NCBI GenBank assembly: GCA_963806835.1
Contig: CAWEAR010000013.1
Location: 16,901 to 80,900 of the forward strand
Direction: 5' to 3'
Source: an uncultured delta proteobacterium
GTDB taxonomy: Bacteria; Desulfobacterota; Desulfobacteria; Desulfobacterales; CAWEAR01
Length of the DNA stretch: 64,000 nt
Shown: positions 50,765-59,641 of the stretch, in pieces
Position numbering within the stretch: the stretch's first letter is position 1
Layout: the number at the start of each line of letters is the position of its first letter
Notes under the pieces: generated by a model
What the model saw: the letters and a program-made list of their open reading frames with translations, nothing else
Databases searched by the model: none
Told to the model about the DNA's origin: nothing
Program-made: the position numbers and the translations under genes

Positions 50765-52684
50765 TTATGATCGCATACCTGAAACAACCTGTAAAATATA
50801 AATCAATTCTTCAAATCCGATAATTCCGTCCTGATAAATATCCGTGCCGGAATAAGCAACATTCTTTATTCCAGCCAATATCTTCAGAATTGCTATGGCA
50901 TGATCCAGATCAGCATTATTCTTCTGACTGTACAAATCCACTCCTATCAGAATCGGGTCATGGTCAGAGGAACGGAAAGGTTTATCACTGTAAAAATTCA
51001 CTTTTTGTGCCTCTGTTTTATTCTCTTCATTGTAATCAAGGATAGCCGGTTCATCAGCATTGATATGCCATTCAGCAATATTTTTTACCTGAGATACCAG
51101 AGATTTACTTGCCAGAGCATGATCAAGATACCCTGCTTCTCCTTCATAAATATATGAATAAGCAGTATCTCCTGTTTTCTGCTTTATCAGATTGGTATAG
51201 CCTGCATCTTCAATCACAGCAACAGGATCCTCCATTGCATAAGAATTTAAATCTCCGATAATCAGTATATCCGGATCATTGACTCCGGTAGGATAAGTTG
51301 AAAGCCATGCTGTCAGTTCTTTGGCAGCGGCTGTTCGTGTAAGGTTGCAATTCCCCTGCCCGTCATTCATATCAGGGTCATCAGGACAGGAACTTCCTTT
51401 TGCTTTGAAATGATTAACAACAAGAGTAAATTCTTCCCCGGAACGGATATCTCTGAATGTCTGGGCAAGGGGCTGGCGGTTATGTTCGGAAAATGCTCCG
51501 TCATTTTTTGTTGCGGTTGTTCCGACAGGTTTAACGCTCTCTTTTTTATAGAGCATACCGACTGCAATCTCATCAGAACCAAGACGGGAAATTCCCGGAT
51601 TGATAAAAGCATAAGCAACACTGGAAGAAGCTGTATTCAGTCCGTTGACCAGATCCTGAATCGCACTTTCTGCGCCGTAGCCGTCATTTTCAATCTCCAT
51701 AAGCCCGATAATATCAGCATCTGCTACAATAATCGCATTGATGATTTTGGCGCGCTGGCGTGCAAATTCCGTTGAAGTATCTGCCCCGCGTGAGGTAGGA
51801 AAAACGGGACCGTTAAAATAATTCAGTACGTTAAAGCTGGCAATTTTCAGTCTGGCGTTTATATCCGGTTTAGCCGGGCGCGGATTGGAGGTTTCATCAA
51901 ATTTCGGCGGATCAGTCGGATGAATACGGTACGCTCCGAAGCTGTAACTCATAATACCGGTAATCCCTGTTACAGTGTAACCTGTACGCAGAGTATTTTC
52001 CGCGATGAGTCCTGTTGGGGACGGATACGGAATCGGATCAGGGTTTACTGTATAACTGCCGTCGTCCAGAATGATCTGATTCAGCATGTTGGCGGATTTT
52101 AAGGTATTTGCATCTGTTCCGGGACCTGCAATCTGAGTAGGCGACATCAAACGCCCGTTTGAAAGTATTACAGAGCCATAATATGCAAGATCATGATTAT
52201 CGGAAACCGTCAGTTTCTGCGGCAGAATAACCTGCATCCCTTCAAACCTCTCAGGAAATGTGCTGCTTTTCATCGGCAATTCAAGAACTGCGGAATCAGG
52301 GAGTTTATTGCCGGATGAGATCACTTTTATATCAGTGATATTAATGAGTTCAGTCAGTCCGTTATATTCAGTTACTTCGCCTGTAGCCCGGATAATATCC
52401 CCTTCTTTTACATCAGAACGGTTATAAAAAACAAATATCCCTTCTGATGTTGTTTCATCTGCATCCCAAGCCTCCTCCTGAAGAAAGAAGCCGCCGAGCC
52501 GGTTATCCTGCTGAAAATCGCCTGTAACAATCCCCTGAACTGTGCATATCTTGCTGATCATAAGACTCTCTGAGCCGCTGCCCTGAATTGCATGGACAGG
52601 CGTAATTGTATCAGCATAACATTTTGTTTCTATTGTGTATATCAATAGAATTGCCAGAAACAGAAAATTTTTTAATCGGATCAT
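50765..52684 (-). CDS. Extracellular nuclease, ExeM/NucH-like (OB-fold + endonuclease/exonuclease/phosphatase domain) with a dockerin-like C-terminal tail
   Basis: Signal peptide LFLAILLIYTIETKCYA and EEP motifs IASFNVLNYF, IIGLMEIEN and SSDHDPI. The tail LDHAIAILKILAGI...TDIYQDGIIGFEELIYILQVVSG resembles the adhesin tail. Confidence 0.8.
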   Translation of the reverse strand: MIRLKNFLFLAILLIYTIETKCYADTITPVHAIQGSGSESLMISKICTVQGIVTGDFQQDNRLGGFFLQEEAWDADETTSEGIFVFYNRSDVKEGDIIRATGEVTEYNGLTELINITDIKVISSGNKLPDSAVLELPMKSSTFPERFEGMQVILPQKLTVSDNHDLAYYGSVILSNGRLMSPTQIAGPGTDANTLKSANMLNQIILDDGSYTVNPDPIPYPSPTGLIAENTLRTGYTVTGITGIMSYSFGAYRIHPTDPPKFDETSNPRPAKPDINARLKIASFNVLNYFNGPVFPTSRGADTSTEFARQRAKIINAIIVADADIIGLMEIENDGYGAESAIQDLVNGLNTASSSVAYAFINPGISRLGSDEIAVGMLYKKESVKPVGTTATKNDGAFSEHNRQPLAQTFRDIRSGEEFTLVVNHFKAKGSSCPDDPDMNDGQGNCNLTRTAAAKELTAWLSTYPTGVNDPDILIIGDLNSYAMEDPVAVIEDAGYTNLIKQKTGDTAYSYIYEGEAGYLDHALASKSLVSQVKNIAEWHINADEPAILDYNEENKTEAQKVNFYSDKPFRSSDHDPILIGVDLYSQKNNADLDHAIAILKILAGIKNVAYSGTDIYQDGIIGFEELIYILQVVSGMRS

Positions 52685-52952
52685 TATTCACCTCGTAAGT
52701 TTTATAAATTGAGTATAAAATCCTAACAGAAATTCACTCATATTATTGCTGAATCTGTACTGATATGCAATGCCAAAATGAAATATTTTTCATCCGATTC
52801 CTGAACCGATGTTGAAGCCGGATGGGATATTTAACCGGAAAAGTATAAAATTTTTTATTTTATTAGCTTGACCGGAAAAGAGAAAAAGATATATAAATGT
52901 CAATTAAAAATTAGGAATCAGGAATTAACAAATATTAAAAGAAGCTAACTGG

Positions 52953-53112
52953 TCTGTCAGATAAATTCTTTTACATTTTCTGAACTGTGATTTTAATGAT
53001 TAAATGAATACTGTGATTATGATATGATTAAGAAACAGTCACAGTCTGTCATTTAATCATTTAAAATCACAGTTCAAAAAACTGAAATGTAAAAAAACTT
53101 TTTTGACAGCCT
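52953..53112. repeat. Family-3 element with outer inverted repeats
   Basis: CTGTCAGATAAATTCTTTTACATTTTCTGAACTGTGATT at the left end and AATCACAGTTCAAAAAACTGAAATGTAAAAAAACTTTTTTGACAG at the right end. Confidence 0.75.
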
Positions 53113-53223
53113 ACCAGTGCTTTGTCAAATTTGTTTTGCCAGTTTAACCACGAAGACACAAAGGCACAAAGATCACAAAGAAAAAAACTGTATCCGTCAG
53201 TTTAAGTTTGACAAAGCACTATG

Positions 53224-53737
53224 TTCTGTTGACATTTTAATTTTGTCATATATTTTACAGCCTATGAAAACATTGTCAGGAGACGATCAAGCTGAAGATA
53301 TCGGCTTTTCTGAAGAATGGGCCGTGTGTTTATGCGGGAAATGAATCCGCACTCCGCCTGTCTGCTGAAGCTGTCCTTTGGATAATGCGCACAATGGCGG
53401 CTTCTTCCGAAGGAATACGGGCTGCGGAACACTGTTTACAGACGATTTGCCAGGCGGAGCGGCAAAGGCGTACGGGAGCGGCTGTTTGCCTTCTGCGCCT
53501 GTGATCCGGATATGGAACTCCTGATCCCTGACAGCACGGTGATCCGGGCTCATCCGTGCGCCGCCGGCGCACTGAAAAAACACGGACAGAGAACGTCATC
53601 CTGCGGAATGTTTTATCAATAAAATAAAACATTTCAGACATATTTTCTCACGCTTTGACAAACTGGCTGAACGGTATATGCCGTTTCTTCACTTTGCCGG
53701 TGCACTTATATGGCTGAGGTGAAATGTCAACAGATCC
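53224..53737 (+). mobile_element. Internally deleted, frame-shifted IS5-family (IS427/IS1031-like) element remnant
   Basis: Inverted ends TTCTGTTGACATTT (53224-53237) and AAATGTCAACAGA (53722-53734). Own translation gives ...AVLWIMRT / WRLLPKEYGLRNTVYRRFARRSGKGVRERLF...LIPDSTVIRAHPCAAGALKK, then, after the missing DDE core, ECFINKIKHFRHIFSRFDKLAERYMPFLHFAGALIWLR* (stop at 53720-53722). Confidence 0.7.
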
Positions 53738-53755
53738 TAAGACACAAAAATAAAA

Positions 53756-56700
53756 CATCCGATGTGTATAATTCATAATAAAAATGAAACTCATAAAAAA
53801 ACTTCCCGACCCCCTGTTAAATGAATGTCAAAAAAAATGGGATGAATTCTGTACAGCTTCAAAAGAAGCAAAGATTCCCCTGCCAAATAATCCTGAATTA
53901 ATAGAGATTATTCAGCAAGTCTTTACATTCAGCGATTTTGCTGCAAAGAGCTGTATCCGTCATCCTGAGATACTGTATGATCTTATTCAAAGCAATGATC
54001 TTCAAAGGGAATACCGGACAGATGAATATTATCATATTATTCAGTCTCATATTGCTGATATAAAAAATGAAGCAGAACTCAGCCCGATTCTCCGCAAAAT
54101 CAGGTGCCGTGAAATGGTACGCATTGCCTTCCGCGATCTTGCCGGGTGGGCGGATTTATCAGAGACAATGACAAATCTTTCAACATTTGCAGATGCCTGT
54201 ATTGATAAGACGCTTTCCTGTCTGTATGATCTGCACTGCTCAGAATACGGCATTCCGGTTGACGCAGACGGCTCTCAACTTTATCTTGTTGTTCTTGGCA
54301 TGGGAAAACTGGGCGCGTGGGAACTGAATTTCTCTTCAGATATTGATCTGATCTTTGCCTACGGAGCAGGCAACAATGAACACACCCTGCACCCTGCGAC
54401 CTGCACCCTGCAACCCGAATCCTTCTTCACCCGCCTTTGCCGTCAGCTGATAAATATACTTGGCGCAAAAACCGCTGACGGAATTCTCTTCAGGGTAGAT
54501 ATGACCCTCCGCCCTTTTGGAGAGAGCGGTCCTTTGGCAATGAATTTTGATGCAATGGATGAATATTATCATATACAGGGGAGAGAATGGGAGCGGTATG
54601 CGTGGATCAAAGCAAGAGTCGCGGCAGGGAACAAAACAGCCGGTGCAAATCTTCTGAAACGCCTGAATCCGTTTATTTACCGCAGATACCTTGATTTCGG
54701 CGTATTTGAATCCCTCAGAGATATGAAATATAAGATTTCCCTTGAAGTCAAACGTAAAGGGGTGAAAGGTAATATAAAACTTGGAGCAGGCGGAATACGT
54801 GAAATTGAATTTTTCGGACAGATATTTCAACTGATCCGGGGCGGCGTTGAAGCAGGGCTTCAGGAACGTCCGATTCAGAAAGTCCTGAAGATTCTTGCTG
54901 AAGATGGGCATATTGAACAGGATATCTGCGATGAGCTTACAGCCGCTTATATATTTTTAAGAAACACGGAACACAGGTTGCAGGAATTTGCAGATCAGCA
55001 GACACACAAACTCCCGACTGATCCGCTGGAACAGGCTCGCCTTGCCGCATCTATGGGATTTGAGGATTGGGATAAATTTATCTCTGAAGTGATTCTCCAC
55101 CGTAAAACCGTTCACCATCATTTCAACAGATTGTTGGAAGCAAAAAATCCGGAAAATTCAGATGAAAAACAGAACAGCAAATTAAAGATGTTATGGCAGA
55201 ATCCCGCAGATAATGAATATAATCACAAGATACTTTCTGCTCTCGGTTTTTACAACAATTCAGGCGAGGTATTGAGGCTGCTTGATTCTTTTCAGAAAGA
55301 TGCGGCAATACGGAATTTAAGCAAAGAGGGGTGGGAGTCGCTTGACCGGCTGATTCCTCTTGTATTGCAGACTGTCAGTACCTCTGAGCATCCTCTGCTT
55401 GCTTTAAGCCGTATTATTGATCTGCTCAAAAGTATTCAGCGGCGCATTACATATCTCTCTCTTTTACTGGAAAATCCGTCTGTTCTTACGCATTTAGTCA
55501 ATCTTGCCAATGCAAGCTCATGGATATTATCTTTTCTGACCCGTCATCCGGTTCTTCTGGATGAACTACTTGATCCCCGTACTCTTTATCTTCCGCCCAA
55601 ACGATCCGAGCTGGAAAAAGAATTGCGTCACCGCCTTGAGCAGATTTTGCCTGATGATCTGGAATATCAGATGGAAGTGCTGCGTATATTCAAACAGGTG
55701 AATATCCTGCGGGTTGCCGCGGCAGATATTACAAATGCCCTTCCCTTGATGAAAGTGAGCGATCATTTGTCTGATATTGCAGAGACTATTTTAAATGAAG
55801 TGGTTCATCTGTCATGGCATTATCTTGTTGAAAAACATGGAGAACCGGAATGTTATCTCCCTTGTTCACAGACTCACGGATGTGAACGGAAAGATACCTG
55901 TGATAAAGGATTTGTCGTAATTGCTTACGGAAAGCTCGGAGGGCTTGAACTCGGATATAATTCCGACCTTGATCTTGTTTTTCTTCACGCGGGAACAAAG
56001 GAGCAGACAAAAGGGGGAGAGCGCCCTGTTGATAATTCTCAGTTCTTTGCGCGGCTTGGACAGCGTGTTATTCATATTCTGACTCCTCATACTTCCGCGG
56101 GTATCCTGTATGAAACTGATATGAGACTGCACCAAGCGGAAATGCCGGGCTTCTGGTCTGTCATATTGATTCATTTAAAGAATATGAAATGCAGAAAGCA
56201 TGGACATGGGAGAAACAGGCTCTGATAAGGGCAAGGGCAATTATCGGGGATTCCCGCCTGATTGCTTATTTTGAAGATATAAGAAAAGAAGTCCTTGCAC
56301 AGCCCCGTGTCAAATCTGAACTTCAGGATGAGGTAAAATCAATGCGACATAAGATGCGGAAAGAGCTTTCATCCTCTGTTCCGGGAATTTTTGATCTCAA
56401 GCAGGATGAAGGGGGGATTGTAGATATTGAATTTTTAGTTCAGTATCTGGTTTTATTACACGCACATCAGCATCCTGAACTTTTAAAACGGACTGATAAT
56501 GTCCGTCTTCTCGGGAACTCTGTCAAAAACCGGCGTTCTGGATGAGAATACAGCTTATTTTCTCAGGGTTGCTTATCTGACATACAGAACAACGGGGCAT
56601 AAACTGAGTCTTCAGAAACAACCTGCAAAAACGCCTGAAAAACAGTTCAGCAAACATCCGATGTGTATAATTCATAATAAAAATGAAACTCATAAAAAAA

Positions 56701-59553
56701 CTTCCCGACCCTCTGTTAAATGAATGTCAAAAAAAATGGGATGAATTCTGCACGGCATCAAAAGAAGCAGATATTCCCCTGCCGGAGAATCCTGAATTAA
56801 TAGAGATTATTCAGAAAGTCTTTACATTCAGCGATTTTGCTGCAAAGAGCTGTATCCGTCATCCTGAGATACTGCATGACCTTATTCAAAGCAATGATCT
56901 TCAAAGGGAATACCGGACAGATGAATATTATCATATTATTCAGTCTCATATTGCTGATATAAAAAATGAAGCAGAACTCAGCCCGATTCTCCGCAAAATC
57001 AGGTGCCGTGAAATGGTACGCATTGCCTTCCGCGATCTTGCCGGGTGGGCGGATTTATCAGAGACAATGACAAATCTTTCAACATTTGCAGATGCCTGTA
57101 TTGATAAGACGCTTTCCTGTCTGTATGATCTGCACTGCTCAGAATACGGCATTCCGGTTGACGCAGACGGCTCTCAACTTTATCTTGTTGTTCTTGGCAT
57201 GGGAAAACTGGGCGCGTGGGAACTGAATTTCTCTTCAGATATTGATCTGATCTTTGCCTACGGAGCAGGCAACAATGAACACACCCTGCACCCTGCGACC
57301 TGCACCCTGCAACCCGAATCCTTCTTCACCCGCCTTTGCCGTCAGCTGATAAATATACTTGGCGCAAAAACCGCTGACGGAATCCTATTCAGAGTTGATA
57401 TGACCCTCCGCCCGTTTGGAGAGAGCGGTCCCGTGTCAATGAGTTTTGATGCAATGGATGAATATTATCATATACAGGGGAGAGAGTGGGAGCGGTATGC
57501 GTGGATCAAAGCAAGAGTCGCGGCAGGGAATAAAAGAGCCGGAGCAAATCTTCTGAAACGCCTGAATCCGTTTATTTACCGCAGATACCTTGATTTCGGC
57601 GTATTTGAATCCCTCAGAGATATGAAATATAAGATTTCCCTTGAAGTCAAACGTAAAGGGGTGAAAGGTAATATCAAACTTGGAGCAGGCGGAATACGTG
57701 AAATTGAATTTTTCGGACAGATATTTCAACTGATCCGGGGCGGCGTTGAATCAGGGCTTCAGGAACGCCCGATTCAGAAAGTCCTGAAGATTCTTGCTGA
57801 AGATGGGCATATTGAACAGGATATCTGCGATGAGCTTACAGCCGCTTATATATTTTTAAGAAACACGGAACACAGGTTGCAGGAATTTGCAGATCAGCAG
57901 ACGCACAAACTCCCGACAGATCCGCTGGAACAGGCTCGCCTTGCCGCATCTATGGGATTTGAGGATTGGGATAAATTTATCTCTGAAGTGATTCTCCACC
58001 GTAAAACCGTTCACCATCATTTCAACAGATTGTTGGAAGCAAAAGATCCGGAAAATTCAGATGAAAAACAGAACAGCAAATTAAAAATGTTATGGCAGAA
58101 TCCCGCAGATAATGAATATAATCACAAGATACTTTCTGCTCTCGGTTTTTACAACAATTCAGGCGAGGTATTGAGGCTGCTTGATTCTTTTCAGAAAGAT
58201 GCGGCAATACGGAATTTAAGCAAAGAAGGGTGGGAGGCGATTGACCGGCTGATTCCTCTTGTATTGCAGACTGTCAGTACCTCTGAGCATCCTCTGCTTG
58301 CTTTAAGCCGTATTATTGATCTGCTCAAAAGTATTCAGCGGCGCATTACATATCTATCTCTTTTACTGGAAAATCCGTCTGTTCTGACTCATCTGGTCAA
58401 TCTCGCCAATTCAAGCTCATGGATATTATCTTTTCTGACCCGTCATCCTGTTCTTCTGGATGAACTACTTGATCCCCGTACTCTTTATCTTCCGCCAAAA
58501 CGATCCGAGCTGGAAAAAGAATTGCGTCACCGCCTTGAGCAGATTTTGCCTGATGATCTGGAATATCAGATGGAAGTGCTGCGTATATTCAAACAGGTGA
58601 ATATCCTGCGGGTTGCCGCGGCAGATATTACAAATGCCCTTCCCTTGATGAAAGTGAGCGATCATTTGTCTGATATTGCAGAGACTATTTTAAATGAAGT
58701 GGTTCATCTGTCATGGCATTATCTTGTTGAAAAACATGGAGAACCGGAATGTTATCTCCCTGTTCACAGACTTCACGGATGTGAACGGAAAGATACCTGT
58801 GATAAAGGATTTGTCGTAATTGCTTACGGAAAGCTCGGAGGGCTTGAACTCGGATATAATTCCGACCTTGATCTTGTTTTTCTTCACGCGGGAACAAAGG
58901 AGCAGACAAAAGGGGGAGAGCGCCCTGTTGATAATTCTCAGTTCTTTGCGCGGCTTGGACAGCGTGTTATTCATATTCTGACTCCTCATACTTCCGCGGG
59001 TATCCTGTATGAAACTGATATGAGACTGCGCCCAAGCGGAAATGCCGGGCTTCTGGTCTGTCATATTGATTCATTTAAAGAATATGAAATGCAGAAAGCA
59101 TGGACATGGGAGAAACAGGCTCTGATAAGGGCAAGGGCAATTATCGGGGATTCCCGCCTGATTGCTTATTTTGAAGATATAAGAAAAGAAGTCCTTGCAC
59201 AGCCCCGTGTCAAATCTGAACTTCAGGATGAGGTAAAATCAATGCGACATAAGATGCGGAAAGAGCTTTCATCCTCTGTTCCGGGAATTTTTGATCTCAA
59301 GCAGGATGAAGGGGGGATTGTAGATATTGAATTTTTAGTTCAGTATCTGGTTTTATTACACGCACATCAGCATCCTGAACTTTTAAAACGGACTGATAAT
59401 GTCCGTCTTCTCGGAACTCTGTCAAAAACCGGCGTTATGGATGAGAATACAGCTTATTTTCTCAGGGTTGCTTATCTGACATACAGAACAACGGGGCATA
59501 AACTGAGTCTTCAGAAACAACCTGCAAAAACGCCTGAAAAGCAGTTCAGCAAA
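53756..59553 (+). repeat. Direct tandem duplication, 2 x 2,899 bp, covering glnE plus 28 bp of its upstream region
   Basis: Bases 53756-56654 are colinear with 56655-59553. The junction CAGTTCAGCAAA|CATCCGATGTGTATAATTC joins codon approximately 957 of copy 1 to the region upstream of copy 2, with AAA microhomology. Confidence 0.9.
53784..56655 (+). pseudogene. glnE: glnE copy 1: 3'-truncated by the duplication junction and interrupted by a -1 (about 56131) and a +1 (about 56515) frame break
   Basis: ORFs 53784..56225, 56189..56545 and 56499..56723 together are colinear with copy 2. Differences include CTGCACCAAGCGG vs CTGCGCCCAAGCGG and CTCGGGAACTCTG vs CTCGGAACTCTG. The pseudogene status is uncertain given the error-prone assembly. 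Confidence 0.55.
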
Positions 59554-59598
59554 TACCGGAAACAGGTTACTGATATTTGGAATACTTATATGGAATAG
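56683..59598 (+). CDS. glnE: Bifunctional glutamine synthetase adenylyltransferase/adenylyl-removing enzyme GlnE (copy 2, intact, 971 aa)
   Basis: Two nucleotidyltransferase domains (LGMGKLGAWELNFSSDIDLIF and AYGKLGGLELGYNSDLDLVF), plus DMRLRPSGNAGLLV. Length is typical for GlnE. Confidence 0.9.
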   Translation: MKLIKKLPDPLLNECQKKWDEFCTASKEADIPLPENPELIEIIQKVFTFSDFAAKSCIRHPEILHDLIQSNDLQREYRTDEYYHIIQSHIADIKNEAELSPILRKIRCREMVRIAFRDLAGWADLSETMTNLSTFADACIDKTLSCLYDLHCSEYGIPVDADGSQLYLVVLGMGKLGAWELNFSSDIDLIFAYGAGNNEHTLHPATCTLQPESFFTRLCRQLINILGAKTADGILFRVDMTLRPFGESGPVSMSFDAMDEYYHIQGREWERYAWIKARVAAGNKRAGANLLKRLNPFIYRRYLDFGVFESLRDMKYKISLEVKRKGVKGNIKLGAGGIREIEFFGQIFQLIRGGVESGLQERPIQKVLKILAEDGHIEQDICDELTAAYIFLRNTEHRLQEFADQQTHKLPTDPLEQARLAASMGFEDWDKFISEVILHRKTVHHHFNRLLEAKDPENSDEKQNSKLKMLWQNPADNEYNHKILSALGFYNNSGEVLRLLDSFQKDAAIRNLSKEGWEAIDRLIPLVLQTVSTSEHPLLALSRIIDLLKSIQRRITYLSLLLENPSVLTHLVNLANSSSWILSFLTRHPVLLDELLDPRTLYLPPKRSELEKELRHRLEQILPDDLEYQMEVLRIFKQVNILRVAAADITNALPLMKVSDHLSDIAETILNEVVHLSWHYLVEKHGEPECYLPVHRLHGCERKDTCDKGFVVIAYGKLGGLELGYNSDLDLVFLHAGTKEQTKGGERPVDNSQFFARLGQRVIHILTPHTSAGILYETDMRLRPSGNAGLLVCHIDSFKEYEMQKAWTWEKQALIRARAIIGDSRLIAYFEDIRKEVLAQPRVKSELQDEVKSMRHKMRKELSSSVPGIFDLKQDEGGIVDIEFLVQYLVLLHAHQHPELLKRTDNVRLLGTLSKTGVMDENTAYFLRVAYLTYRTTGHKLSLQKQPAKTPEKQFSKYRKQVTDIWNTYME

Positions 59599-59641
59599 AC
59601 TATCAGGAATGGACATTTTTCACCTTATGCAGAAAAAAATT

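Noticed and set aside
53287-53641. Two overlapping minus-strand ORFs (98 and 103 aa).
   Set aside because: They are antisense to the IS5-family remnant, whose + strand reading gives recognisable transposase motifs. They are Arg/Ser/Pro-rich with no homology signal.
53756-59553. The glnE duplication might be a simple assembly artefact (the same reads placed twice).
   Set aside because: The copies differ at many scattered nucleotide and amino-acid positions, and the junction sequence is unique and specific. A chimera of two strains cannot be excluded without reads, so it is kept as a finding with that caveat.
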